A stretch of 64,000 nt of DNA from Octopus vulgaris (GCA_951406725.2 OX597818.1:65224001-65288000); one strand, 5' to 3'. Positions 23,541-37,965 are shown, counted from the stretch's first letter. Made by a program: numbers and translations. The notes: generated by a model not told the origin, from the letters alone.

Positions 23541-23938
23541 ACCACCTTAAGCAACTGGAACGTTTCCATAAGATGTGTCTCAGCCGGATCTATGCCATTA
23601 AGTGGGTGAACCGCATCAGAATTCTTGAGGTATTGGAAAGCTCTCGGTGTGGAAGTATAGAAACCCTTTTGTTTAAGCAAAAGCTCAGATAGAGTGGTCA
23701 TCTGGTCAGGATGAAAGATTCAAGGATGCCAAAACAACTCTTTTATGGAGAGTTAACGAAAGGAGATCGATCTCCACATAAACCCACCCAAAAAAAGAGG
23801 TATGAAGAATTTCTGACGGCTTCCTTAAGCGATGCAAGCATCTCTCCTGAAACATTGGAGGGCATATCTATTGACCGTAGCAGGTGGAGAAGGCTTGTGT
23901 ATGAGAAGACAGCTACTTTTGAGAAATCTCGAGAATAA
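23534..23938 (+). mobile_element. RTE LINE C-terminal fragment
   Basis: YRYHLKQLERFHKMCLSRI..IKW...LR*SGHLVRMKDSRMPKQLFYGEL...DRSRWR. Confidence 0.9.
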
Positions 23939-25212
23939 TTATACGTATATATATATATATATATATATATATCACACAAGCACAGCACAGAATTATGTAA
24001 GTATATAACTACGTATGCATATACATTTAACGTTAAATATGAAAATCGAATTACATATGTCTTGTGCTATGATCGATATGCATTATTTCCAAAGTCGGAG
24101 CCATTAGATATGCATAATAATTTGACACCTATGTTCCTTTTTATTATCATATTAAAATCGAATTTGTATATCAATACGCTTAATACAGTTCTGTATTTGA
24201 AATTCTGTGTAGTTGCCAAAGTAATGGAAGTATTCTTCAACACCTGATACGGATTTTCAGAATTAACGCTGAATAATAAATAACTTCACACATCAACGAA
24301 ACATAATATATTAACAACTTCGTTTCCCAGGTGTTTTCTATAATCTTTCCTCCTTTATTTTCAAATTTTACAGCTTTCTTTAAAATTAATACAATTTTAA
24401 ATTATATTACAAGACAAACATATTTGTATGTATATAACCTACCTACTATAAATAATGCTAAACAACACTTTATTGCAAGGAAATTAATCATAATTTTGGA
24501 TGGGATTAACTGTCGCCATTTTGTGTCTTTGTCAAGGTTCAAGAAAAACTACGTTTGTTACCTGTTCTTCCTTCACACTTTAAGATGGTAACTGAAATAA
24601 ATTTAGCTCTTCCAACGTCTAATTAGTAATATTCAGGCTTTATAAATTTCTCACAACTGTTCACTTGTAGACGTTCATCGCACAGTTCTATAAGGCGGAA
24701 TTATTTAGCTGATAGGAAGTTGAGTCATACAAAATACATACATTATATGTTTGTAATTTTAGTATGGTACTGACCTAAACGTCCATAATTTCAAATGATA
24801 GAAATAATTGTACCTAAATAACCATTAGTTACGTATAAGAAGAACATGGATTGTAAAAACACATTTCATTTCTATAATATATATATTAAATTCGTAACGT
24901 GATTTTCATTTCTTCTTCTACTTCTTTCAGGCGACACTTTTCTTAAACGTAATATATATTCTAACGATCGCTTTGCCGAACCGCTAGGGATACGGGAACT
25001 TCAACACAACAACACCGGTTACCAAGCAGTTATAAGAGTGGGGCAATGACAAGCACAGACACAAGCACATACACACATTGATATGTGTACACACACACAC
25101 ATAGATATGTGAATATATATATGTATACGCACACACGCACATATATATATATATACATAAATACATATACAGGCGTATATTTAAATATAAATATGTATGT
25201 ATATATACATAT

Positions 25213-25243
<31 letters not shown>

Positions 25244-25303
25244 GAATATATATATATAATATATAATATATAAATAGGTATATATATATAATATATAAAT
25301 AGG

Positions 25304-25379
<76 letters not shown>

Positions 25380-26356
25380 TCCCATCTCATGCAATTCCTT
25401 CATGTAAGGGCCCGCTCCACAGGTTCAACGTTGTTGTTTTCCTTCAGACAAGCCACTCCAGGATCGATGTAACTGCACAAGAGGGATGGCCCTTGTTTAT
25501 TGTAATAAGCAAAGAAATTATCTCGTAATAGGAGACGAATAGACATAATACCCCGAAATTCAAATTGATTTGCACTGCGTGCGTGGGGACAGTTTCTCAT
25601 AAGTAATTGTATAGATGGGTGTATATATACGTGTATGAATGTGTACGTGTATATTATGTGTATACATATATATGTGCGTGTGCATGTTAATGCATATACA
25701 TGTATATATGTATATATATATATACATGAATATATGTGTGTGTATGTGTGTGTATGTGTGTATACACTCACTCATACACGTCACACTCATAACATAGCTT
25801 GTAGAATCAAGAATACGCATGCGTCTGCTTCTTATTGACAAATCGCAATATGATTATTTATGTGTAGGCGTTACCTAAGTTTGGTAAATTACTTCTGATA
25901 TTGTATTTTCTTTCATTTAAAGTCGATGTATTTCAATTTATTCCGATCAAATATCTCTGATATGTTTTTTTTTTCCACCAGGTTAGAATGTCATATTTTC
26001 TCATCTCTTGATGCTACAAAACCAAATTTATACATTCCTACCTTTTTTTTTTAAATATTCCTTCCTTCATCGTAATTCCTTTGATTCCACTTATGGACAT
26101 GTTTCAATTTCCTTAGCAATTCCTATGTTTCCTTATTTATATATCTCCTTATTTATATTCATTAATATTTTCCTTATTTATTTTAGATATCATAATTTCA
26201 TACGATAAATATCTATATATGATCAAAATCAAATTCTATCGATTCCTATCAAATTCCCAATATTATATACATACATACCTTCATTACATGCATATATATA
26301 TGTATGTGAGTATGAGGATGCATCCTAACGTAGATATATTTGTATGTGTGTATATG

Positions 26357-26418
<62 letters not shown>

Positions 26419-26506
26419 AATATTCGTTATATATAGACACATATATGTACACTCACACATATATAAATCCGCACATATATATATACATATACATATATAT
26501 ATATAC

Positions 26507-26571
<65 letters not shown>

Positions 26572-27708
26572 AGTGTGTGTGTATATGTGTCTATATATAA
26601 CGAAAATGTGAATATATATGTATATGTATATATATATATTTACGTATATATGTGTATATATATATATATGTGTATATATATATATATGCATGCATATGTA
26701 TGTAAGAATAAGAGAGATTATATGCCAATGCGATGTTTACACAAATCCTTCTTACTACACTCCTATATCTTCTTACTTTATGTTCACACACACTATACGC
26801 CATTGATAAAGCACACTTTATGCAGTCGCATATTGTTTTTACGTATCGATATATTAAAATTCTAACTAATATCCTTATATATAAGTAGACTCAATATATA
26901 ATTTCATTAGATTCGAAATATTAAATATACTTGTAATGAAGAAATCCCTTGTGTCTCTTTATATCAATTGAATTTGTTCGATAATTTCTTTATCAACTTG
27001 CTTCCGATCTAAAATGGGAATGGATTTATGAATTATAACTTTCCAGTAACATTGCTATATTAAAATAAATTCTGAACTGCATATAATATGAACATGTTTA
27101 TATTTTTATCATTTCTATGTGATGTTAATATATTTCATTCAGTTTATTTTATTTTATTTTATTTTATTTTATTTTTACTTTTTGTGCTCATTTGTTTATG
27201 AACATTTTTATGAAATATATCCTTACATGAAGCACATTTTAAAATTCCGGATTTTTCCTCGCTATTCAAATCGCTTCCAAGTAGATAGAGAATGAAAATG
27301 GAGCAATTCTCTGTATTCCATCTTGTCATCGCTTTGTTTTTATCATATTTGGTAAATTTAACGTTGCCTTTGGCAAACAGATGAATATTTCAGTTTATAC
27401 AAACGTATAATAGCAGATAAACTTACTGTTCATGACGTATCGAAATAATGGCATCATACACATGGCTGAATCCAACCATCCTGTCCTCACAAATATAATT
27501 TCTTTTCAGAGACAATATGTTACTAAATGGAGACAATTCACAATATATTTGTTATTCGGATGACGTTTTATATGGAAATGTTCGCACGATGCTTCACTAG
27601 ATTTTATAGAAACACATTGATTGGTGTATTTACTGTGTAATGTGCCAGCCAATATGGCAAAGTTTCAAAGTAGAGAACTAACAGACAACGCCACCCGTGA
27701 ACATCACT

Positions 27709-27719
27709 ATATCTATCTG

Positions 27720-27800
<81 letters not shown>

Positions 27801-27829
27801 TTATCTATCTATCTATCAATTTATCGATA

Positions 27830-27881
<52 letters not shown>

Positions 27882-28065
27882 GATCTATCTATCTATATAT
27901 CTATCTAACTAACTAACTAACAATCTAAATAACTATCTATCTATCTATATAACTTTCTATCTATCATTCTAGAAGAAGAAGAAGAAGAAGAAGAAGAAGA
28001 AGAAGAAGAAGAAGAAGAAGAAGAAGAAGAAGAAGAGCAACAACAACAACAACAACAACAACAAT
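27709..28065 (+). repeat. (TATC)n followed by (GAA)n(CAA)n microsatellites
   Basis: Read directly from the sequence. Confidence 0.97.
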
Positions 28066-28080
28066 AAAAACAACAACCAG

Positions 28081-29468
28081 AACTGATTGAAATCCATAGC
28101 CCCCAGTCTCCTTTATCTGTCTTGGCATTTGAATCGCTTGCAAATTTTCCATGCATTTTTCTCTTTCCATGTTGTTTCTATCTTTGTGATCATTTCTTCT
28201 TTAAATTTTTCTTTCATTACACAATTCTCAGTTCTGATGACGACAAACTTCTTCGTGTGTTTCAAGAATGGATCCACGGTACATTTTACATACCACCCTA
28301 AGCTGTTTCCTTCTGCTTGTCTACAGCCCTGGCAACTGATCGAACGCCTCCCAACCTTTCTTCTGGACAAGGACATTATATCGGTGTCACTCTTAGTGTG
28401 GAAAGCTGCGCCTTCTGTCACCTTCTTTCTTGTCTTTTTGTCCATGCTATCACCCATGTATTACCATCTTGCATTTTATTCCATCCGGTCAATTTTGAGT
28501 GTAACACTAACCTATATCTTTGGAAATATTCCATACTCAGTTGCTCTTTCATTTCTTTCCCCATTATCTCTGCGAACTCTAGTACACCACGGTTCTTGCA
28601 GCATTCCGTTCAATTTGTTAAATCAATTCTCTATTCGGTAGTTCTTTTCATGCTAGGGACTGTACCTCGCACCTTTTTAGGTAGATTATTCCACACACTT
28701 TGAGTCCGAATTCCATTCTAATATCAGCACTAAAATAGTGGACTTTATTTCCCAAGGAATTCACTTGTTTCTCATCCTTGCCGTAGAGTTTCACATCATC
28801 CATGAAGAGGCGGTATTTGATTGTTTGAGATTTTCCCTTTAATTGGTACACCAGGTTCATTTTCCTTAATACGAAAATCAGGGATATCATGCAGTGAACA
28901 AAAAGTAATTGAGATAAGCAATCTCCCTGGAAAACCCCTTTTCCGATTCCCAGGTTGTCCCAGGCTTTTCCTTAAGATGTCAGTTACGTTTTCTATTCCA
29001 CCATGCTTCTCTTCAGGAAACACGATACATTCCTTGCAATTCCAAACAGTTCTTATATAAAGAGATATTAGTTCGATCATAGGGTCCACGCATATGGAAT
29101 CACCTCAAAAGCTTGGCGATATTCAAATCAGACCATTCCCAAATTTGTTCTCCTTCGTTTACAACCATGCATTACCATTTTGTCTATCAATAATTTATCC
29201 TTTTTTCATCTGCATCTTCTTCTACAGCCTTTTTGTTCGGGTGTTAATATATAGTTCTCATTCAGGAATTTATACAGTTCTTCTGCAATTCCTCTTGACA
29301 GTAAGTTCCACATTAATTGGAATCAGAAATAGATCTGTAGTAGCATTTCCCTTTCATGCATCCGTCAGACACAATATTGTTCGTCCTTTTGTCAACCAGC
29401 CAGGCATTTCATCTTCTCCATTGATCAATGCATTAAACTACTGGTAGTGATCAGCGGACACTGTAGTA
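28081..29468 (-). mobile_element. R4/Dong-like non-LTR retrotransposon RT region (degraded, inverted part)
   Basis: EMPGWLTKGRTILCL; FEYRQAFEVIPYAW (DYKKAFD.VPHSW-like); GVFQGDCLSQLLF; LFMDDVKLY...MEFGL; DKKTRKK...FHTKSDTD...RRKVGRR; WKEK..HGKF. Confidence 0.9.
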
Positions 29469-29482
29469 CATCTCCAGCGTTA

Positions 29483-29726
29483 GAACTATGCTGGATCATA
29501 GATATAGCCTGCCCATTTGACAACAAGGTATGCGATGAAGAAGAAAGTAAAGTCGAGAGATGGGACAGGTTAGCTTGGGAACTTAAGCAGTTGTGCTCGA
29601 TGAAAAGGTAGCAGTAGTACCAATAATTGTCAAAACCCTGAGAACAATGAGTAAAAATCTCGACAAGTATGTGGAACACATAGGGGCTATAATAAGGGTG
29701 GAGCACTTGCAGAAAAAGCAAATATA

Positions 29727-29727
<1 letters not shown>
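29483..29727 (+). mobile_element. R4/Dong-like restriction-like endonuclease C-terminus, followed by (TAA)n
   Basis: CWIIDIACPFDNKVCDEEESKVERWDRLAWELKQL...VVPIIV..L.TMSKNLDKYVEHIG...EHLQK. Confidence 0.85.
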
Positions 29728-29926
<199 letters not shown>

Positions 29927-30029
29927 GTTCTTGTCAGGAGATAGCTAAGATATAAAGTTTTTGCAAAACAATAAGAAATCTATCTATAAATATTTAAGCG
30001 AAGAGAAAATATAGAAATCTATGTCCATC

Positions 30030-30230
30030 TCAAAGTTCCAGCAGAAGTATAGAAATCTGTCTGTGAACCTCAACTTTTGAATCACAGAGAGGTCTATCTC
30101 AAACTTTGAAGGAACAGAAACGAGGTGACTGCATATTTTGGAGATTGATCAGCATGGCGTAAAATATGCCGCAATGTATCGCAACAAATTGAGTTGGAGA
30201 AAAAGAACAAGAGAAGACCTTTATCCCGTA
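30030..30230 (+). mobile_element. Possible RTE LINE 3'-end relic
   Basis: GD*SAWRKIC resembles the RTE terminal DRSAWR motif; the rest is very degraded. Confidence 0.35.
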
Positions 30231-31196
30231 ATGAATAGACGACATACTTGCCCAACTGCAAATCATTCAGAGTTTCCATTTCTATTCTGCATCAGTATCC
30301 CCGCTTTCTTCTTTACATGGATCATGCAGAGATTTGTGTCAGGCAGGAAAGTAACCATGATATGTCTTGTTTCTTTTATTGGAAAACAAACCCGTCTGTT
30401 TATCTTCATTTCAAATATTCACACTGGCTGCTTTTGTTTCGCCCCTGATCTTGCTAACATCTTATTTCTACTACAATAAAATTCTGGGTTACCAAATCGA
30501 TTGAAATATGTAGCTTTTACTAGAAGAAAGCATTTATTAAAGTCTAAACTGTCTAAAATATTTTTAAATTATTATATTTGAATATATTTTTACCTAAATC
30601 TGATTTTTAAGCGACATATCTTTGTGAGAACATGTTTTTTACTATGAGAGATGGTCATTGTTCCCACTTTACATACTCTCTCACGATTCCTCTCTCATAT
30701 TCCTCATGGTATTACATCTTAGAGAGATATCAGTAAAAACATTTATCTAATATGTTTCCCGTATCCTTTCATATTCGTTGCGTGTTTTTGAAGAACTAGC
30801 TGAAAACTGGTTTAAATTTACTCATGTCAGTTGTATACAATATTAGCGTATCTCATTTTCGTTCATATAAAGTATTTCATTATTTGACGTCTTTTCCAGT
30901 TTTTAAACAAATAAACATTGTACGGGGAAGCTGCGGTAGAAGTAAAGACAATAACAGGAAATTGTGTCCATATATCCAACTGTTCATTCTTTTGCATGAG
31001 ATCACGCTTTATATAATCATAGGTGACATCATGAACGGGAGCAAAGACATGTCATCTTCCATCTCAAGTCAATATATGTGTATTTATATAGGCTATTAAT
31101 ACACGCGAAAGGTCATATGTTATATATACTATATATTACGGATATGTACATGCATAGAAAGTGTCTTGATTTGAGATCGTGCGCTGAAACACGAAC

Positions 31197-31535
31197 AATT
31201 GCAGCGTGGAAGGTGTTTATAAGCCATTTAAAAATGCACAAAAACCGTTCGATTTACTTCAACATTTGAATTTAATTTACCAAAGTATTTTCATCGCTTT
31301 CAGACCGCGACCTGTTCACTGACAAAACTCCGTGCTGCATCTGAGTAAATAACAGTTAGTTCATGATATATATGTACACATGTATGTACGTACATACGTA
31401 TATATATATATATATTAAAATTAATCAAAGGACATACTAAGTATGTCTACCCTTGAAATAGCAGTAAAAACTCTTATTCTTGTATATATATATATAATAT
31501 ATGTATGTATGTATGTATATATGTATGTATGTATG

Positions 31536-31569
<34 letters not shown>

Positions 31570-32025
31570 CATTCGTATGTAAGTATGTATATCATATGTA
31601 TGTAAGTGTATGTATATGTGTAAATTCATGTGTACATTTGCATGTATGCTTGCATGATTATACACATGTATGTATGAGTATTTAGGTAAGAGTGTAGACG
31701 TGTCTGTGTGTGTACATGTGAACGTATGATTATGTACATATACATGTAGACACACACAGGCACATCTACACACATACATCTACACACAGGTACATATATA
31801 TTACATACGCACATACATACATACATACATACATACATACATACATGCATACACACATCATGAACTAAATGTTACTTTCTCCGATGCAGCACGGAATTTT
31901 GTCAGTGAACCGGACGCGGTCTCAAGGCGACGAAGATATTTTGGCTAATTAAATTTAAATGTTGAAGTGAGAATAACGGTTTTGCTGTTTTTAAATAGCT
32001 TATAAACACCTTCCACGCTGCAGTT
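31197..32025. repeat. Fold-back element with ~170-bp arms and a (TATG)n/(CATA)n spacer
   Basis: 31197-31368 is the inverted homologue of 31857-32025. Confidence 0.85.
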
Positions 32026-32314
32026 GTTTATATATATATATATGTAAGTATGTATGTATCTATGTATATTTATATATATATATATATATATAATGCACAC
32101 ACACACACAAACACATATATATATATACATATATACATATGTATATATTCAGATATGCACACGCACACTCACACACTGGTATAGATATACATATATACAT
32201 ACGTACATACATGTATGTATATGTGTGTGTGTATGTGTGTGTTTGTGCGTGTGTGTGTGTGTATGTGTGCGCGCGCGCGTGTGTATGTAATAATAACAAT
32301 AATTTTATAAATAT

Positions 32315-33128
32315 TGTTACGCCACACGCAGGCCTACGATACCACCACGGGTCGTCACACAAACAGCCCACGGTTTGCTGGCCGGAGAAGCTCGCGTACG
32401 ACGACGCTCAGTAAATCAGAAACCCACTGCGGACAGCGAAGCTGCGAAACGCAGCCAGTAGAGCCAACAAAATACAACAACAAAAATAACACACACAAAA
32501 CGTTGCGTAGTCAAAGCGTTTTTTTTTGTTTTTGTTTTAACAAAACATTCAACAATTCTTTGGAAAGTTCTTTTTTTCTATCCTTAGTTCCTTAAAAAAA
32601 AACATTTAAAAGCACAAAGTTCTTTTTCTTTTTCTTTTGTTTTTAAACACAAATTTCGTTTCTCAAAACATTCAAAACAGTCCTTTTTCTTCTTCCTTTT
32701 CTCTTTTTTCTTTTCCCTTCTTTTGAAAGTAGTCAACAACTCACTTCTTTTTTCCCCTTTCCTTTCTTTTAAGTAAACAAACTTAACAACAAAGTCCCCT
32801 TTGTTCTTCCTTTCTTTTCAAACAGTTAACGTCACAACGTTTTTCTCTTTCTTTTTGTTTTTAGACATTCAACACCACAAAGTTTTGTCTTTCCTTTCCT
32901 AAAACATTTAACACCGAAGTTCGTTCCCTTTAAAACACACAAAACACATTTACCGGTGACACTTACTTCCTTACTCGGCCCACGCGTAGCATCCCGCTAC
33001 ATCACTTGCCAGTCGTCCCGTTGCCAGTCGTTCAGTTCCGGTCTCTCCCTCCAACTGTCCCTCGCAACTCAGCGACACCGGATAAACGAAGCCGTCCAGG
33101 CAGAAAGAGAGGCATATCGCACGTAACA
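32315..33128. mobile_element. LTR-like segment (TG...CA)
   Basis: Bounded by the 7-bp inverted termini TGTTACG...CGTAACA; CpG-rich ends and internal degenerate T-rich repeats; no TSD, PBS or PPT confirmed. Confidence 0.5.
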
Positions 33129-33634
33129 GTGCGCATCTATCTTCACAAAACCTTGTCTTCCCTAAACTCTCTGTGACCGCAGAGGGCCAGAGGTCAAGTA
33201 CCTACGGCCACAAACAACCGCGCTCCCTGACAGGACAAAGGAAACACCACCGACCCGAACAACTGGAACACCGCTTCGATCCCAGCCAATGACAAAAAGG
33301 GAGATATTACTTCTTTCGTTCGTCTTCATTATTTCTTGCGTTCGTATCAATATTAATACGTCGCTATACAACGACATTCGCAGCATACGTATGGCGCTTA
33401 AAAGACGATCATACGCTCTTTAACATCAGGTGGAAATTCCTACAAACTAGTGGACCCCATCGCAATGGAACAAGACTATGTAAATTGTGTATGGCAGAAA
33501 AATATATAATCCTCATAAACTGACACGAGTTTATCTTAAGGCTACCTGAACTCCAGGATGGAAGCAGTAGGGAGGTGTCAGAAACTGTGAAAAATAATTT
33601 AAAATAACTTCAATGAACATTCTTTTTTTCTAAT

Positions 33635-33776
33635 CTAAGCCCAACATCTCAAATTTTGGTAGAGGGGGCCAGTCGGTTAGATCGACACCAGTATGCAACT
33701 GGTACTTAATTTAACGTTCCCCGAAAATACGAAAGGCAAAGACGAGCTCGGTAGAATTTGAACTCAGAACATAACA
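33635..33776 (-). mobile_element. SINE family B fragment
   Basis: ctggtacttaattt...gaaaggcaaag..gagctcgg..gaatttgaactcagaac. Confidence 0.75.
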
Positions 33777-33898
33777 TCAACGTGCATTACTACTAATATT
33801 TAAAGATGAATTGAAATATTTTGGAAAGGAATAATAGGTTTTATTATTTATAAAACATAATATGTAGACATATATGTGTGTGTATATGTGTATGTATG

Positions 33899-34057
<159 letters not shown>

Positions 34058-34447
34058 GATGTCTACTTAGGCAGAGTTTGACCACCTCCTGTGACTACAA
34101 CTTAGACCTATCATAGCATCTAAAGTGGCCTTTTAAAGCATACAATGGTCTGAAAAGACGCCCACATAGTTTGACAGGTTTTTGGTAACCAAAAGAACGA
34201 AAAGGCAGGTCAGGCTATATAAATGCTACGGAAAAACCGCTGTTAGACTCCCGGTACCATAATAGTACGAGTGGGGAGTCTATCGCGGTCGCGTGTGAAC
34301 ATGATATACCTTGAAGAAAAATGAGACAACAAATCCAAGGCAGTGTGAAATTTGTTGCGTTGGTTTTTCGCACACAGGCCCCATCACAAACACACACACA
34401 CACATATGTATATACATATATACATATATATACATAGGTATATTTAA

Positions 34448-34553
<106 letters not shown>

Positions 34554-35431
34554 TATATACATGTATATATACGTGTGCGTGTGTGTGGGAGAGAGTGTAT
34601 ATGTATGATTTGCTTGTTTGAGTGTATTTTATTTATATAATGCATTTGTTATAAACTTTACGCGTAAGCAGCCTTCTAATTAAGGCTGAATTGAATTCAA
34701 AATGCCGTAATTAAGAATGAATTGATATCCAAAAATATAAATGTTACCTACTGACATATCATCTCTGAATATAATTCTATTGTAAACCAATAAATATGAA
34801 AATGTACACACATTATTATATCCTAAGAAAAATCTTCATTTTCTTTCTAAATGTTTTTCTTTTAAATCTGTTAAATCTGATTCGTTTTATTCTTTCAAAG
34901 GAATTTACGATTCTTTGAAAATTCAAGCTGGAACACAACGAGAGAATCAGTGATGCTGCAGGTGAAGGAACCGAATGCCCTCACGCAAAGAAGAGTTCAA
35001 TAGAAATAATTACTGCGGGATTTTCAATCCACCATTTTTTCTTCATGTTGTTTCCGGTGGTCAAAAACTGCTCGTCACGAAACAGCTTTTGCCAAGGTTA
35101 ACTCGATCGATAAAGATGTACTATCTTTTGGAAAGTCATTGTAAAAAGTAAGTAGAAATTGTATTAGCTAGCAGAGGTCCTGTTGTGTAAATTTACTTCC
35201 TAAAAACGCTGAATCCCTAGAAAATTATGAGATTATAATTGAAGAAAGCGTATGTTCAACACTTTTCTCGTTTGGCGATGGAAGCAAAGAAAAGTAACGC
35301 ACAATATTGTTAACGCAAACAGAATATCATACTAATGGTCTCAAAAATATTTGGCAAATTCGAGAACAGAGAACATGAGGAAATAAATGTTACAATATGA
35401 AAACATATTCTGCAGACATGCACTTCTTTCA

Positions 35432-36372
35432 TCTTCTTCTTCTTCTTCTTCTTCTTCTTCTTCTTCTTCTTCTTCTTCTTCTTCTTCTTCTTCTTCTTCT
35501 TCTTCTTCTTCTTCTTCTTCTTCTTCTTCTTCTTCTTTCTTCTTCTTCTTCTTCTTCTTCTTCTTCTTCTTCTTCTTCTTCTTCTTCTTCTTCTTCTTCT
35601 TCTTCTTCTTCTTCTTCTTCTTCTTCTTCTTTCTTCTTCTTCTTCTTCTTCTTCTTTTCTTCTTCTTCTTCTCTTCTTCTTCTTCTTCTTCTTCTTCTTC
35701 TTCTTCTTCTTCTTCTTCTTCTTCTTCTTCTTCTTCTTCTTCTTCTTCTTCTTCTTCTTCTTCTTTCTTCTTCTTCTTCTTCTTCTTCTTTTCTTCTTCT
35801 TCTTCTTCTTCTTCTTCTTCTTCTTCTTCTTCTTCTTCTTCTTCTTCTTCTTCTTCTTCTTCTTCTTCTTCTTCTTCTTCTTCTTCTTCTTCTTCTTGAT
35901 TTTTCTTCTTCTTCTTCTTCTCCTTCTTCTACTACTACTTCCTATCCTTCTCCTCCTCCTCTCTTCCTCCTCTCCTCATTCCCATCTCCTCCTTTTTTCT
36001 TTCTCCTATTTTTCTTCTTCTTCTTGTTCTTCTTGTTCTTCTTCTTCTACTACTAACTCCTCTCCTTCTCCTCCTCCTCACTTCCTCTTCCCCTCCTTCC
36101 CATCTCCTCCTTTTTTCTTCTCCTATTTTTCTTCTTTTTCTTCTTCTTTTTCGTATCCTTCTTCGTCGTCTTCTCTTCCTCCTCCTCCTCGTCCTCCTCC
36201 TTCTTCTCCTCTTACTCTTCCTCCTTCTTGCTCTTCTTTTCCTTCTTCTCCTCTCCTCCGCTCCTTCTTCCCACTTCCCACTTCCTTTTCCCTCCCCATC
36301 TTCTATCCTCCTACCCGTCTTCCTCCCCTACATCACCATCATCATCATCATTATCATCATCATCATCATCAT
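35432..36372 (+). repeat. (CTT)n microsatellite grading into pyrimidine-rich low complexity and (CAT)n
   Basis: Read directly from the sequence. Confidence 0.97.
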
Positions 36373-36384
36373 TTTATCTTCTCC

Positions 36385-36820
36385 TTATTACTATTATCGA
36401 TCTGCCTCAGGTTCGGTCATATTCCTTATGGGACTCGGGTAGATTACACGTTACGGCCTGTAGCCTAAGGTGTCCATTAACTTTCAAGAGTGTTTCAAGT
36501 GCATAGAACACTCTTGATAATCTTTCCAGTACCTAAGAGGCAAACCTTTTGTGAAAGCTGTACAGGACAATCTCATCGTATCTCCTTCAACCGTTTGGCT
36601 TTATCTCTGGCTACAGTTCCCAATGCACCAATTGTCATTGGTAAACGTTTACACTTTTCATACTCAAATTCTTGCAATTTCATATTTAAAGGAATTGTAA
36701 TCCTTGTGTTTTCCGTCCTCTTTCTTTGTATTTCTGTAATCAAATAAACACGATGCAACCATTCCTAAGCAAATTCGCTTTTCCTTGTCTATCCTTGTTA
36801 CGTCCGGTCTATTATTTCAT
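36385..36820 (-). mobile_element. R4/Dong-like LINE 3' end (endonuclease domain plus 3' UTR)
   Basis: NRPDVTRIDKEKRIC...PMTIGALGTV...QKVCLLGTGKIIKSVL*, ending in a taa/tga-rich tract. Confidence 0.8.
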
Positions 36821-36874
36821 GGCTTAAATCATTCATTTCTCCGTGTCTATCCAACTTTCGACCTGATGCTCATT

Positions 36875-37035
36875 CTATGTGTTTATTGACCATATTCATA
36901 AGAGTCACACCATGAATGGAGAGTACTATGTCAACTATCTAAGGCAGTTGTGAAAGGTTACTAAGGCCAAACGCCAAGCAAAACTGAAGTGGGTCATGTT
37001 TCATCAGGAGAATGCTCCAGCGCTGAAGTCCTTTT
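36875..37035 (+). mobile_element. mariner transposase fragment
   Basis: VFIDHIHKSHTMNGEYYVNYLRQL*K..KAKR..KLKWVMFHQENAPA. Confidence 0.8.
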
Positions 37036-37558
37036 CAGCCGACACTCATAGCAATAAAAAATTATTATTACTACACTTCTGTTTGTTTTGATAGTGGAAG
37101 CGCGTAGCTTAGTGGTTAGGCTGCTGGGATCATGATCGTAAGATAGTGGTTGCGATTCCTGGATCACTGAAACAGGGAAACCGGCCCTTATGGGCCTGGC
37201 ATGGCTCCGAAAGATAACATTTATTTTATGTAATATTTGTTTTGATATTAAGATTGAAAAAAATCCACCTGGTTCGTGAAAGATGTGAAACCATGGTCCC
37301 TCCACTGACTCAAAGCGAATTTCGTTTCAAAGCCAGTGTGTCAACTTATATTTCGATTGCCTGTTTTCACCGCGGCATTGCATTCTCTTCAAAATGGTGT
37401 GAATGTTGAATCAGATCTCCACGCTTACCCTTCGCTTCTGCTTACCATCAAATTGCAGAGGAAGATTTAAAAGTTGTTTACTATTTAACATTGAATATCT
37501 TTTCTGTATTTGTCACTCCTTACTCTTTCTCTTTCTCTATCTGTTTCTATCTCTTTCT

Positions 37559-37671
<113 letters not shown>

Positions 37672-37720
37672 GTGTGTGGGTTTATGTGTGTGTGTGTGTA
37701 CATATACGTGTATGTATGTA

Positions 37721-37767
<47 letters not shown>

Positions 37768-37768
<1 letters not shown>

Positions 37769-37965
37769 GGGAGAGTTTACGAAAAAAAGCAACAAAAGAC
37801 GAGGACAGGTGGTGTACAAAACAAACAGATGTATTAGTATAACGCTCAGGAATAGAAAAAAAGTCTTTTACTTTTCGAGCCTACGCTCTTCTACAGAAAG
37901 GGACACAGAAAAAACAAGTAGAGAAAAAAATATGTGTAGTGGCTAACAATCTATCATGGCGACTG
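37768..37965. repeat. Dispersed repeat related to the 21820-22153 fold-back arm
   Basis: tttac.aaaa...caaaagacga.g.caggtg...taacgctc.gg.a is shared; contains a gagc-ctac-gctc stem next to tttc. Confidence 0.6.

Noticed and set aside
32427-32459. CTGCGGA-stem-GAAAC hammerhead-like motif in the LTR-like segment
   Set aside because: The conserved A6 and the UH site are missing; a simple nested hairpin explains it better.
34901-35147. Possible coding exon (tttcaaag acceptor ... gtaagt donor)
   Set aside because: Stop codons in all three frames; a non-coding exon cannot be assessed from sequence alone.
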